In this document: positions 37,672 to 46,302 of the stretch, in pieces | How the letters are laid out: each line of letters opens with the position of its first letter | Numbering within the stretch: the first letter of the stretch is position 1 | Assembly (NCBI GenBank): GCA_963830915.1 | Contig: CAWHOE010000042.1 | Location: 15,186-79,185, forward strand | DNA: 64,000 nt | Direction of reading: 5' to 3' | Source of the DNA: a candidate division FCPU426 bacterium | GTDB lineage: Bacteria > Oederibacteriota > Muellerivitia > Muellerivitales > Muellerivitaceae | Translations under genes and position numbers: made by a program | Notes under the pieces: generated by a model | What the model saw: the letters and a program-made list of their open reading frames with translations, nothing else | Told to the model about the DNA's origin: nothing | Databases searched by the model: none

Positions 37672-37760
37672 TTGCCACAGACGCATGGGATTCATGAGAT
37701 TTCAAAACTGTCATGATTTTAAACTGTTTCTTTGCCCATCCTGTGTGTCCCATGCATCTG
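37672..37760 (+). repeat. Repeat family C (GCCACAGAYSCATGGGAWWCATGWGATTT ... TGTTTCTTTGCCCMTCYTRTGYRTCCCATGCAT) at a convergent gene junction
   Basis: Second copy at 43960-44046, also between convergent genes. Confidence 0.5.
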
Positions 37761-37864
37761 TGGCTGATTTAGCCGTAGCTGTGCTTTTTGTTTTAAAACA
37801 ATAAAATCTTTTGACTTGATCATCTTTGGCATCGGGGTCACGCCTTTCTTGGACGAAAGCGCAA

Positions 37865-38119
37865 CTAAGTGTAGTTTTCATAGGTCCCGTCGGTGACCGA
37901 GGCCACCACGATCTTGTTGACCACTTCTCGAACCCCTCCGATCCCCTCGACCAAGGTATCGATCTCCCGCTTGGTCTTGAAATCGTCCGCGATGCCGGAC
38001 AGGGTGACCAGGCCTTCTTTTACTTGAACGTGCAGTTCGGTGCCCATCTGCCGGATACGGCTTTGGATCAGGGCTTCCAATTGGACATCTTTTGGATCGT
38101 TGTGGTTTCCAGTCGTCAT
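37865..38119 (-). CDS. BON-domain protein
   Basis: HVQVKEGLVTLSGIADDFKTKREIDTLVEGIGGVREVVNKIVV matches BON consensus. Confidence 0.7.
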   Translation of the reverse strand: MTTGNHNDPKDVQLEALIQSRIRQMGTELHVQVKEGLVTLSGIADDFKTKREIDTLVEGIGGVREVVNKIVVASVTDGTYENYT

Positions 38120-38175
38120 GTTGGACCTCTTTTTTTGAACCTTAATGATAAAAAAACTATTAATAACATCTATTC

Positions 38176-38285
38176 ACCACAGAGACACAGAGGGCACAGA
38201 GTAAGGCTTAAAGATTAAGATTTTTCTAATTAAAGATTTACTCTGTGAAACTCTGTGCGCCGCCGAAGGCGGCCTGTGGTAAAAA
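38176..38285 (+). repeat. Repeat family B module (CACAGAGACACAGAGGGCACAGAG ... ACTCTGTGAAACTCTGTGCGCCGCCGAAGGCGGCCTGTGGTAAAAAG)
   Basis: Matches 24943-25050. Confidence 0.55.
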
Positions 38286-38309
38286 GTATTTCCAGTCCTG
38301 AAAAATGAA

Positions 38310-38606
38310 TTACTTGGTTTTATCCGCTGAATCGGGGTGCGACATCATGGGAGAGCCGTAATCGCAATGTCCCCAGGTACAGCCGTCCCGATGGCGGTCC
38401 GTGAAGAAACAGAAAAGAGCGGCCAGGACCAATCCCAGGATCACTCCCTTGAAGATGCCTCCACAGTGACTGCAGCCATGCAGGCCCATGCCGGCCTCGT
38501 GGCTTGAGCAGCATTTTCCGCCGCCCGTCATGAGGCTTTTCGAGGTCTCGTGACGTAACTTTTGATCGGCGATGATGCGGTCTTTTTCTTCTTGCGTGAA
38601 TTCCAT
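38310..38606 (-). CDS. Small Cys/His-rich membrane protein, hypothetical
   Basis: Start MEFTQEEKDR downstream of sigma-54 site; GGGKCCSSHEAGMGLHGCSHCGG then TM helix. Confidence 0.4.
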   Translation of the reverse strand: MEFTQEEKDRIIADQKLRHETSKSLMTGGGKCCSSHEAGMGLHGCSHCGGIFKGVILGLVLAALFCFFTDRHRDGCTWGHCDYGSPMMSHPDSADKTK

Positions 38607-38646
38607 GTTCTCCCTTTCGAGTCTTATTAACTGAGGGATTAATAAA

Positions 38647-38660
38647 GCAAGAAGCAAGCC
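38647..38660 (-). promoter_or_regulatory. sigma-54 promoter (TGGCTTGCTTCTTGC) for 38310-38606
   Basis: GG-N10-GC, TTGC; about 40 nt upstream of ATG 38606. Confidence 0.5.
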
Positions 38661-38711
38661 ACGGGAACGAAGGGTTTATTCCGATATTTTCGGGCTGTTC
38701 GGGAGGGGATT

Positions 38712-38745
38712 ATCAAAATGAGAGTCCGGAGGGTTGTTTTGATCG
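38712..38745. promoter_or_regulatory. Candidate UAS ATCAAAATGAG-N10-GTTGTTTTGATCG
   Basis: Motif family. Confidence 0.45.
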
Positions 38746-38750
38746 ATGGC

Positions 38751-38963
38751 CTATTTGGTTCCGACCACCAAGGGAAGGGGATGGGTCCTGGGACGCCAGG
38801 ATAGGTCCAGCGTGAACACATAGGTCATGATGGCCGTCAGCATCAGGACCATGACGACCCAAAAACGCCAGTCCCGGTGGGCCCGGCGCCAATAAGGGGC
38901 GCGGAATTCAGCGGCCTCCAGTCCCGGATTCAGCGGATGGATCTCATGTTTGTGTTTGGTCAA
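38751..38963 (-). CDS. Small membrane protein, hypothetical
   Basis: 70-aa ORF with one TM (WRFWVVMVLMLTAIMTYVF). Confidence 0.35.
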   Translation of the reverse strand: MTKHKHEIHPLNPGLEAAEFRAPYWRRAHRDWRFWVVMVLMLTAIMTYVFTLDLSWRPRTHPLPLVVGTK

Positions 38964-39085
38964 GGTTTGCCTCTTTCAAGATAGGATAGGGAAGTTAAAG
39001 AAAAAGGGAGCGGAGTCCGATAACAGGGCCCGCTCCCTTGATCCGTTACAACAGACCGGCTCCCGATTTCGGGAGCCGATCAATA

Positions 39086-39334
39086 CTATTGATCCTCGTG
39101 CCACGGATGATCATGACGATATTGGTCGTCGTGATTGGTGTCGTAATCCCACCTGGCGAAGGAATGACCGCGATGATAATTGTCATCATAGTCATGGTCA
39201 TAATGCCAACGAGCGTCATGGGTCTCGATACCGATCCCGATACCGGCCCCATTCGCGTGCGCGTAACAGCCGGCGTTGATGACGCCGAACGCCGCGAAGA
39301 ACAACGAGTAAAAACTGAACACTAGAATCCTCAT
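39086..39334 (-). CDS. Secreted His/Asp-rich small protein (possible periplasmic metal binder)
   Basis: Signal peptide MRILVFSFYSLFFAAFGVINAGCYA; HDARWHYDHDYDDNYHRGH... Confidence 0.4.
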   Translation of the reverse strand: MRILVFSFYSLFFAAFGVINAGCYAHANGAGIGIGIETHDARWHYDHDYDDNYHRGHSFARWDYDTNHDDQYRHDHPWHEDQ

Positions 39335-39391
39335 CGGACACCTCCTGAAAGTTTCAGGATGACGCGAATCCGCCATCCCTTTTAGTCGCCT

Positions 39392-39571
39392 TTAAACGGA
39401 TCGGCTCTTGGGTCCCGCCGCGTACCAGATAATGAGTCCCAAAACCGGCAATAGGATCACCAGAAAGCACCATAGAAACTTGGCCCCTCCGGAAGCGGCG
39501 CTCCTCAAGATCGAGAGGATCGCTCCTATGTCGAGAATGAAAACGATCAAACCAACCAAACCAGTAAACAT
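39392..39571 (-). CDS. PLDc_N-family small membrane protein (59 aa; below ORF-track cutoff)
   Basis: MFTGLVGLIVFILDIGAILSILRSAASGGAKFLWCFLVILLPVLGLIIWYAAGPKSRSV matches ILDI..A....K.LW..L...P..G...Y pattern of PLD-nuclease N-terminal domain proteins. Confidence 0.6.
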   Translation of the reverse strand: MFTGLVGLIVFILDIGAILSILRSAASGGAKFLWCFLVILLPVLGLIIWYAAGPKSRSV

Positions 39572-39615
39572 TTCCCGCCCTCCTTCCGCTGTCGATACGT
39601 CTGCTTGTGGTCAAA

Positions 39616-39629
39616 GCAAGAAGCGGGCC
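39616..39629 (-). promoter_or_regulatory. sigma-54-like promoter (GGCCCGCTTCTTGC) for PLDc_N gene
   Basis: GG-N10-GC; about 45 nt upstream of ATG 39571. Confidence 0.4.
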
Positions 39630-39673
39630 GTGCCGCGAATGGAGCTCTATCCGCCGATCGGTCGTTCTGGAGG

Positions 39674-39708
39674 GATCAAAACAAGAGAAGGGAAGATCAT
39701 TTTGATCG
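39674..39708. promoter_or_regulatory. Candidate UAS GATCAAAACAAG-N9-GATCATTTTGATCG
   Basis: Shared by divergent PLDc_N and LysM promoters. Confidence 0.5.
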
Positions 39709-39802
39709 GGATCATCACCCCGAAACGAGGAAGGGAATGGAAGGGCGGCCTTTTATCGCCATTCCCCTTCATTTTGGGGTTCGGCCCGCCCAGGGACATA
39801 AG

Positions 39803-39816
39803 GGCACGTTCCTTGC
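39803..39816 (+). promoter_or_regulatory. sigma-54 promoter GGCACGTTCCTTGC (+TTTAACACCCTCCATGG) for LysM gene
   Basis: Identical 27-nt block to 28111-28137. Confidence 0.6.
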
Positions 39817-39886
39817 TTTAACACCCTCCATGGATTTCGTCGATGGCTTAGGAATCCAAATTCTGGAATGAAATTAGGGAAATGAA

Positions 39887-40321
39887 ATGAAAAAGACACT
39901 CAAAGCGGGAACGCTCCTCACTTTAGGGGCGGCGGTATTGTTGGTTTGCGGCTGCGCTGGTCCAAAGGTACAGAGCACGGAAGTTCCCAAGGGGCCGGAA
40001 GAGACCCAAGTCGTCAAGGCTGAGGAGCCGGTCCAAGCGGCGCCGGTCGAGCAGAAGTACACGGTCAAAGCCGGGGATACCCTTTGGGCGATCTCGGATA
40101 AAACCGGCATTTACTCCGATTCCTACCAATGGCCTTTGATCTTCAAGGCCGATCGGGACCAGATCCAGGACCCGGACATGATCGTCCCAGGGGAGATCCT
40201 TATCATCAGCCAGGGACAAACGGCACAGCAAGTGGCGCACGCCAGGCAATTGGCCAGCGATACGCCGGCTTTCGTGAAGCATGATGAGCCTCGTACGACC
40301 CTGCCGCTCAATTATTTCTGA
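39887..40321 (+). CDS. LysM-domain lipoprotein
   Basis: Lipobox LLVCGC; LysM YTVKAGDTLWAISDKTGIY...PGEILII. Confidence 0.75.
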   Translation: MKKTLKAGTLLTLGAAVLLVCGCAGPKVQSTEVPKGPEETQVVKAEEPVQAAPVEQKYTVKAGDTLWAISDKTGIYSDSYQWPLIFKADRDQIQDPDMIVPGEILIISQGQTAQQVAHARQLASDTPAFVKHDEPRTTLPLNYF

Positions 40322-40392
40322 TCAAAGATCAAGGGACAGCTCATGGTACTGGGATCCTTCTTTAACAGTCCGGCTGAAAAGGCGGTAAGGCT

Positions 40393-40749
40393 ATGAGCGG
40401 TTTGGTGATCGCGCGGGATTCTGAGAAGAACAAGACCCAAGAAAGCTGGGGTTCGTTGACCTGGATGGCCAACCAGTCCCTGTCGGGAAGTTCCGTGACG
40501 GTCGGGCGGTTGATCCTCTATCCCGGTCTTTCCGATTCCCTTCACAGCCATCCCAACGCCGATGAGGTGATCTTCCTTTTGAAGGGAAGGGTCAGCGTCC
40601 AGATGGGCGGGGCGGAATTCGACCTCCGCCCGGGGGACGCCTTGACCATCCCCTTGAAGCTCGTTCATCGGATCACGAACATCGGCGACCATGAGGCCGA
40701 AATGACCCTTTCCTACTCGTCCGGCATCCGTAAATACACGGCCGAATAA
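40393..40749 (+). CDS. Cupin-domain protein
   Basis: Two-His cupin motifs (HSHPNADEVIFLLKG ... PLKLVHRITN). Confidence 0.65.
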   Translation: MSGLVIARDSEKNKTQESWGSLTWMANQSLSGSSVTVGRLILYPGLSDSLHSHPNADEVIFLLKGRVSVQMGGAEFDLRPGDALTIPLKLVHRITNIGDHEAEMTLSYSSGIRKYTAE

Positions 40750-41960
40750 TGACACCGCCGTCCCCCCCACCGGAAAACTCCCCTCGGTTCGTCCGTTTCG
40801 AGCTGGCGCCCTCGACCATGATCACCCTGGTCGGGGTCATTGCCGGTTTGTGGCTGTTGTTCAAACTTCTCCCTGTTTTCCTCGTGCTGATCGCGGCTTT
40901 CTTCGTGGTGGGCACCCTGAACCCCGCGGTCCACTGGCTTGAAAAAAGGGGGATGGGCCGAAATCTCGCGATCGGGATCGTGTTCGGCTCCCTCCTGATC
41001 GTCGCGCTGGCGGCCGCCATCCTGATCATCCCGGCGCTTTTGGCCCAGGCGACCACTATCCTGGAGCAGGAACCGGTCATGCGCGCCCAATTGGCGGACC
41101 GGCTGTCCGGGTTCCCCTTGAGCGAAGCCCTGGCGAAATGGCTGCGTAATTTCAAATATGGCGGGCCCATCACCACCGCCGGGGCCTCGGCCTTCGCTTA
41201 TTCCATGGAAGCCCTCACCTTCGTCACCTACGCGCTCAGCGCGCTCTTTCTGGGGCTCTATATCATGTTGGACAGGGACCGATTGCGGGGGGGATTGTTC
41301 GCCGTCATGCCCCGGTCCCACCATATCCGCCTTTCCCGCGTCCTGATGAACCTGGAAACCATCGTGGGCGCCTATATCCGTGGCCAAGTCATCACCAGCG
41401 CGGCCATCGGCTTCTTCATCCTGATCCTTTTGATCTGCTGCGGGATCGAGAACGCCCTGGCCCTGGCTGTTTTCGGCTCGGTCGCCGATATCCTTCCTTA
41501 TATAGGGGTCTTCCTGCCTATCGCCGCCGCGGTCCTTTCCGCCGGGTCCCATGGGCCGGTGGTCACCATGGTGGTCCTGGCCTTGATGCTCCTCTATATG
41601 GAATTCGAAAGCAGGATATTGGTGCCCAGGGTCTACGGACAGGCCCTCCGTCTGCCTTCCACGGTGGTGCTCTTCTCGCTCCTGGTCGGGGGAACCTTGA
41701 TGGGCATCCCTGGTTTCCTGCTGTCCCTGCCTTTCGCGGCCGCCATCATGATGCTCATCGATGAGTTGAGGGTCCAATTGCCCGGGGAGCAGGTCCAGGT
41801 GGCGGACGGGATCCAGAAAGAAAAGGACGAAAAGGGCGAGGAAGAATACGAGCGCCGGACCGAGGGGCAGACGGCCCAGGAATCGGCCGCGATCGCGGTG
41901 GAGATCTCGGGAGACCGGGTAAAGGAAGAGAACCAGACCTTGGAAGATAAGGCGTTGTAA
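40749..41960 (+). CDS. AI-2E family transporter (PerM/YhhT-like)
   Basis: 8-TM topology, AI-2E conserved segments; C-terminal acidic tail. Confidence 0.8.
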   Translation: MTPPSPPPENSPRFVRFELAPSTMITLVGVIAGLWLLFKLLPVFLVLIAAFFVVGTLNPAVHWLEKRGMGRNLAIGIVFGSLLIVALAAAILIIPALLAQATTILEQEPVMRAQLADRLSGFPLSEALAKWLRNFKYGGPITTAGASAFAYSMEALTFVTYALSALFLGLYIMLDRDRLRGGLFAVMPRSHHIRLSRVLMNLETIVGAYIRGQVITSAAIGFFILILLICCGIENALALAVFGSVADILPYIGVFLPIAAAVLSAGSHGPVVTMVVLALMLLYMEFESRILVPRVYGQALRLPSTVVLFSLLVGGTLMGIPGFLLSLPFAAAIMMLIDELRVQLPGEQVQVADGIQKEKDEKGEEEYERRTEGQTAQESAAIAVEISGDRVKEENQTLEDKAL

Positions 41961-41984
41961 ATCGGGATAAAAAAGGAGACTCAT

Positions 41985-42779
41985 ATGCAAAGGAACAAAC
42001 GGTTGGAAGCGCTTCAGGAAAAATTGATCTCGATGTCCAAAAAGGTCTACGCGGGCCCTTGGAAAGTGGATAAATTCTCCAAGAACGACCGGGCCAACGA
42101 GATCATCAACAATATCGGGGAAAAGCCGCACGTTTTCGTCATGGGCTGCATCCTGGGCCACCGGATGCACGATGACAAGGGTTGGGAGACCTTGGCTTAC
42201 CTTGAAGAAAGGATCGGCACGCTGGACATCAAGAAATTGAGCCGGTTGACCCTGGCCGACTGGGAAAAGGCCTTCATGAAACCCACGCCCCTGCACCGCT
42301 TTTATTACGAGTCGGCCAGGGACATCCTGGCGGCCATCCAGAGGATCATGAGGGAATACGAGGGCGACGCCTCGCTGATCTGGAGCCATTCCCCCTCCAG
42401 CGCCACGGTGATCAAGCGGTTCCTGGAGTTCGACGGGATCGGCCAGAGGACTTCCACCATGGCCGCCGACATCCTGGCGAGGTATTTCAAGATCACCATG
42501 AGCGACTATTATTCCATAGACGCCACGGTGGACGCGCCCACGAAAAGGGTCCTGGCGAGGATGGGCATCGTGGACTCGAAAAAGCCCATTTACATCCAAC
42601 TGACGATGAGGGAAATGTATCCCAAATATCCTGGAATCTTCGATCCGGTCCTGTGGAATATCTCCAAGTACCATTGTTTCCCGGTCCGGCCGAATTGTTC
42701 GGAGTGCCCGGTCCATGAGCTGTGCCTTTACAGTTTGGAGCATGTCAAGGGATCAGGGACGCTCGTCGGGGCGCGTTGA
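41985..42779 (+). CDS. HhH-GPD superfamily protein with EndoIII-type [4Fe-4S] loop (DNA glycosylase-like)
   Basis: HhH GIGQRTSTMAADIL; C-terminal C-x6-C-x2-C-x5-C (CFPVRPNCSECPVHELC). Confidence 0.6.
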   Translation: MQRNKRLEALQEKLISMSKKVYAGPWKVDKFSKNDRANEIINNIGEKPHVFVMGCILGHRMHDDKGWETLAYLEERIGTLDIKKLSRLTLADWEKAFMKPTPLHRFYYESARDILAAIQRIMREYEGDASLIWSHSPSSATVIKRFLEFDGIGQRTSTMAADILARYFKITMSDYYSIDATVDAPTKRVLARMGIVDSKKPIYIQLTMREMYPKYPGIFDPVLWNISKYHCFPVRPNCSECPVHELCLYSLEHVKGSGTLVGAR

Positions 42780-42782
42780 CCC

Positions 42783-43886
42783 ATGAATAAGCCGGGGAGC
42801 TTTAGGGCGGGTCATGCCTGGGAATCCGCTTTTTTTCTCGCGCTCGCGATCCTTGGCCTCGTGGGATGCGGTTCTGTCCCACTCCGGATTGTTCCCCGGA
42901 CCCTCATTACGAGTTTTCCGCCCGTCAAACCCAGCCTGGTCCGTTTGCCGGTCGAGATCGTCTTTCCCAGCGGCGGCGATCTGCTCCAACATCTTTCCAA
43001 CATGGTCAAGGGAGGCCTGAAGCAGATCATGCCGGACCTGCGCGCCCTTCCCGGTCTGGCGATGGACTCCCACATCGCGGATGTTTGGCAGAAGATGCAG
43101 GAGCCTATCTTCCTGGAAAAGGATACCTGGCTTTTGATCCGTCCCGCGACCCTCGCGGTGGGCTTGATGAGGACCGACCTGAGAAGGGAATCGACCCTGC
43201 GCACGGTCCTGGAGATGACCGCCGAGCCGGAGGTGGTGTTCGGACCCATGCCCTTGGTGACGCCCCAGAAAAGACCGCCCCTTCAGACATTCAAGCCTGG
43301 CCCGGGGATATTCGAGGCGATGAGCAATACAAGGATCAGCTGGGAAGAGGCCACCCAATATCTGCTCGATCCCAGGCTGAAACTCCTTGGCATGGTCTTT
43401 CCCGGGACTGGGGGCCAGAAGGTGACCCTGATGGGTTTCCGGTTCTCAGGGTCGGAGGGGCAAGTGAAGGTCCGGGTGAAGCTCCATTACAACCCGCTGG
43501 TCATCAACTTAGGGGGCAAACCGGCGGACCTGACGGTCTACCTGAGGGGCACCCCTCGCTATCTTCCGAACCAGAGGGTGTTCGATTTTCCGGACCTGGA
43601 CTATGACATCAAGTCGGGCGACCTGGTGATCCAGGTGGCCGACTGGCTGAACAAGGGGGATTTCACCAAGCGTCTGCGCCGATATTTGAGGATACCGATC
43701 GGTCCCAAGTTGGATGAGTTCAAGGCGAGGATGAACAAGGTCCTGAACAGGAGGTTGAGCGAATTCACCCGTCTGAGCGCCCAGGTGAATTCCTTCAGGG
43801 TGTTAGGGGGCTTCGCGGATGATGAGGGCATCGAAATGAGGCTCTCGGTGAAGGGAACAGCCATCCTGGAAGTGAAGTGGAATTAA
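42783..43886 (+). CDS. DUF4403-family lipoprotein
   Basis: Lipobox LGLVGCGS; length/composition consistent with DUF4403. Confidence 0.45.
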   Translation: MNKPGSFRAGHAWESAFFLALAILGLVGCGSVPLRIVPRTLITSFPPVKPSLVRLPVEIVFPSGGDLLQHLSNMVKGGLKQIMPDLRALPGLAMDSHIADVWQKMQEPIFLEKDTWLLIRPATLAVGLMRTDLRRESTLRTVLEMTAEPEVVFGPMPLVTPQKRPPLQTFKPGPGIFEAMSNTRISWEEATQYLLDPRLKLLGMVFPGTGGQKVTLMGFRFSGSEGQVKVRVKLHYNPLVINLGGKPADLTVYLRGTPRYLPNQRVFDFPDLDYDIKSGDLVIQVADWLNKGDFTKRLRRYLRIPIGPKLDEFKARMNKVLNRRLSEFTRLSAQVNSFRVLGGFADDEGIEMRLSVKGTAILEVKWN

Positions 43887-43959
43887 CATGAAAACGAAAA
43901 TTGGCTGAGATGTTATGTGTTTGATTTGAAATATAAGATTTCACACACTTCAAAAAAAT

Positions 43960-44046
43960 TAGCCACAGATCCATGGGATACATGTGATTTTTACAAACGA
44001 CAAATAATAAGAATGTTTCTTTGCCCCTCTTATGCATCCCATGCAT
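43960..44046 (+). repeat. Repeat family C, copy 2
   Basis: TTAGCCACAGATCCATGGGATACATGTGATTTT ... TGTTTCTTTGCCCCTCTTATGCATCCCATGCATGCCGAC. Confidence 0.5.
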
Positions 44047-44078
44047 GCCGACTTGCTATTGGAATGAATGAAGGTTGA

Positions 44079-44426
44079 CTATTTTTTCCGTCGAGGACTG
44101 GGCTTTTTCCCCCGGAAGGCGGCCCAAAGGCTGCCGGCCAGGACCCCAGCGGCTGCCGCGATGGCCATGGCTTTTTTGGGGTTTTCCTCGATGTATCGTT
44201 CGGTTTTCTTCCCATAGTCCTCCAGATGACGCTTGGCGTTATGAATTTTTTTACCCATCCCGTTGGCTCCCCCGAGGAGTCTTTGTACTTTCTTATCGCC
44301 TCGGATGAGGCGCTCCAAGGACATCAACTTATTCTTTCCATCCACTAAATAGCGGCCGACCTTGGTCTTGAGCCCCGCGTTATTGTCATTCGCCATTGTT
44401 TTTTCCAGCCTTTCGTCCCTTTCCAT
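44079..44426 (-). CDS. DUF883 family (ElaB/YqjD-like) membrane-anchored ribosome-associated protein
   Basis: C-terminal ENPKKAMAIAAAAGVLAGSLWAAFRGKK TM anchor and N-terminal coiled coil typical of YqjD/ElaB. Confidence 0.65.
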   Translation of the reverse strand: MERDERLEKTMANDNNAGLKTKVGRYLVDGKNKLMSLERLIRGDKKVQRLLGGANGMGKKIHNAKRHLEDYGKKTERYIEENPKKAMAIAAAAGVLAGSLWAAFRGKKPSPRRKK

Positions 44427-44832
44427 CTTTCACCTCTCCTTTGTTCTTATTCCAGCCCGGCTTTGAAAATCTCAAGATCAAGAACCCCAAAAGCCCGCCG
44501 CCGATCAGGACGAACCCCCGGGGTATGTGGCCGTAATCCACCGCGATGAAGAAAAGGCCGAGGATCAGGAACATCATGCTCATGAAAATGGAAAGAACGT
44601 GGAAGGACGTCCAGAGGAGCCAATTTTGGAATGACTTCTTGTAGCCTTCCAGGTTTTTCTCCGCCTGGTCCTCAATGGCCAGAAGGGTCCTTAAGGATCG
44701 ATGGGCCGCCTTCCAAAGACCGCCGATGATCGAATCGTCCTCGGGTTTTGGGGGCAAGGGGTTGCCGGACTTTTGGACTAGGGTTGGATGGGGGATAAGG
44801 GTCTCCTGAATGAGCGGTCGAACGAATGTCAT
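44386..44832 (-). CDS. DUF1469 / phage-holin-like family membrane protein (YqjE-like)
   Basis: Two TM helices (WLLWTSFHVLSIFMSMMFLILGLFFIAVDY / GFVLIGGGLLGFLIL); gene order with DUF883 mirrors yqjD-yqjE; ATG at 44832 preferred over upstream TTG. Confidence 0.5.
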   Translation of the reverse strand: MTFVRPLIQETLIPHPTLVQKSGNPLPPKPEDDSIIGGLWKAAHRSLRTLLAIEDQAEKNLEGYKKSFQNWLLWTSFHVLSIFMSMMFLILGLFFIAVDYGHIPRGFVLIGGGLLGFLILRFSKPGWNKNKGEVKDGKGRKAGKNNGE

Positions 44833-44851
44833 GAATCTCCTCCTGAATAAA

Positions 44852-44865
44852 GCAAGAACCAAGCC
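44852..44865 (-). promoter_or_regulatory. sigma-54-like site (TGGCTTGGTTCTTGC) upstream of 44386-44832
   Basis: Good consensus but only about 8 nt between predicted TSS and ATG 44832. Confidence 0.3.
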
Positions 44866-45042
44866 ACGGTGCCAGGTCTATTCAGCCCACTGTCCCTTCC
44901 TTTTTTTGCCCTGGTTCCCCAAAGGAACTCAAATGGGGAATGGGCCTATCGTTTTGATCGGGAAGGGTCGGGGGAAGGTTGGGCGGGAAGGAAAGACCGG
45001 CGGAATAGAGAGGATTACGGTCATTCGCGCCGGATCGAGGAC

Positions 45043-45057
45043 GGCATATTCCTTGCA
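45043..45057 (+). promoter_or_regulatory. sigma-54 promoter GGCATATTCCTTGCA for GlsB-family gene
   Basis: GG-N10-GC with TTGCA; ATG 45129. Confidence 0.5.
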
Positions 45058-45128
45058 CTAAAGGGAAGGGTGATCCGGACCCAAGTGGAACGGAACGCGC
45101 ATCAACCATTTCAAAGGGAGCGTACAGC

Positions 45129-45407
45129 ATGAACGATTGGATAGGTTTTCACGGGATGTTCTGGTTTTTCGTCGTGGGCGGTTTGGCCGGTTGGTTGGGA
45201 AGCGTGTTGGTAACCGGCGGGGGCATGGGCGTCTTGGCGGATATCGCGGTCGGCATCGCGGGGGCCATCGTGGGCGGATTCATCGCCAATACCCTCAACT
45301 GGTACGTCTATGGTTTTTGGAGCGTCCTGGGGGTCTCGTTGTTGGGCTCGGTCATTTTGCTTGTTCTTTTCCGGGGCTTTAACGGCAGGCGGGGACTGCG
45401 CTCTTAA
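45129..45407 (+). CDS. GlsB/YeaQ/YmgE-family stress-response membrane protein
   Basis: GWLGSVLVTGGGMGVLADIAVGIAGAIVGGFIAN glycine-zipper helices. Confidence 0.8.
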   Translation: MNDWIGFHGMFWFFVVGGLAGWLGSVLVTGGGMGVLADIAVGIAGAIVGGFIANTLNWYVYGFWSVLGVSLLGSVILLVLFRGFNGRRGLRS

Positions 45408-45591
45408 TCCCGCTTCGAGATTATCAAGATCGATCTCATTTAAAGCCGCCAGGGCTTTCCGCATGGCGGCTTTTCTTTTGTGCCGATGAACCTGACTTCG
45501 ATAAATGAAATAGGGACATTCCCTTATTTTTTTTATTAAAAAGAGATTCATGGGAATGTGTGAAAGTTTAAAAAAAGTAATTAGATTTTGC

Positions 45592-45628
45592 TTTTCTTGG
45601 TGCCCTTGGTGCCCTTGGTGGTTCAATT
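45592..45628 (+). repeat. Solo arm of the CCTTGGTG-octamer inverted repeat (TTTTCTTGGTGCCCTTGGTGCCCTTGGTGGTTCAATT)
   Basis: Same arm as 31214-31245 and 52917-52952; its 3' end (GGTGGTTCAATTGC, 45617-45630) also fits GG-N10-GC. Confidence 0.5.
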
Positions 45629-45656
45629 GCCGTTTTTTGAAAGAAAGAAGGACGCC

Positions 45657-46298
45657 GTGAAAAGAAAAATATTGGTCCTGGCGGCCGCGCTGGCCGTGGG
45701 TGGGTTGGTCTGGAGCGCCGTCGCTTTGAACCGTGATTCCAATGGCCAACCGGGCCAGATCCCCCCCGACTTCCTGCGTGGCTCCCAGGTCTGGGTCGAG
45801 GGCAACTCGTCCCTCCACCGCTATTATTTGAATGTGGAAGGCATCTCCGCCCAGACCGACCTGGAGTCGTCCGGCTCCCTGGCGAAGGCCTTGCTGTCCA
45901 TGGTCCTGGGCCACAAGGGGCATAAGCTGGTCGTCACCCTGCCGGTGAGGGAACTGAAGTCGGGCAATCGGGGGATGGACCAGATCGCCCATGAGAAGCT
46001 CCGGGAAGGGAGATTCCCCAATGTCGTATTCACCCTGGGCGATTATGTGATCAAGGCTTTCCCCGGAAGCCTCACGACCTACGCCCTCCTCGTGTCGGGG
46101 AAACTCAGCATCGCGGGAGTGGAAAAGGACGTGGTCCTGGAGCCCACCATGGTCCTGGGAAGGGACGGTATCAGGATCTATGGAAGCCAGGACGTCTTCC
46201 AAAAAGATTACGGTATTTCCCCCTACAGCGTTGCGGTGGTCATGACCACGGACAACAAGATCGTGGTCCATTACATGATCGTGCTGGGGTTAAGATAG
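45657..46298 (+). CDS. YceI-like periplasmic protein
   Basis: GTG start before signal peptide KRKILVLAAALAVGGLVWSAVA; C-terminal YceI-like beta-barrel blocks. Confidence 0.5.
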   Translation: MKRKILVLAAALAVGGLVWSAVALNRDSNGQPGQIPPDFLRGSQVWVEGNSSLHRYYLNVEGISAQTDLESSGSLAKALLSMVLGHKGHKLVVTLPVRELKSGNRGMDQIAHEKLREGRFPNVVFTLGDYVIKAFPGSLTTYALLVSGKLSIAGVEKDVVLEPTMVLGRDGIRIYGSQDVFQKDYGISPYSVAVVMTTDNKIVVHYMIVLGLR

Positions 46299-46302
46299 GG
46301 TC

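Noticed and set aside
40713-42743. 676-aa minus-strand ORF spanning the AI-2E transporter and EndoIII-like genes
   Set aside because: Low-complexity R/G/D/H-rich product antisense to two well-supported genes.
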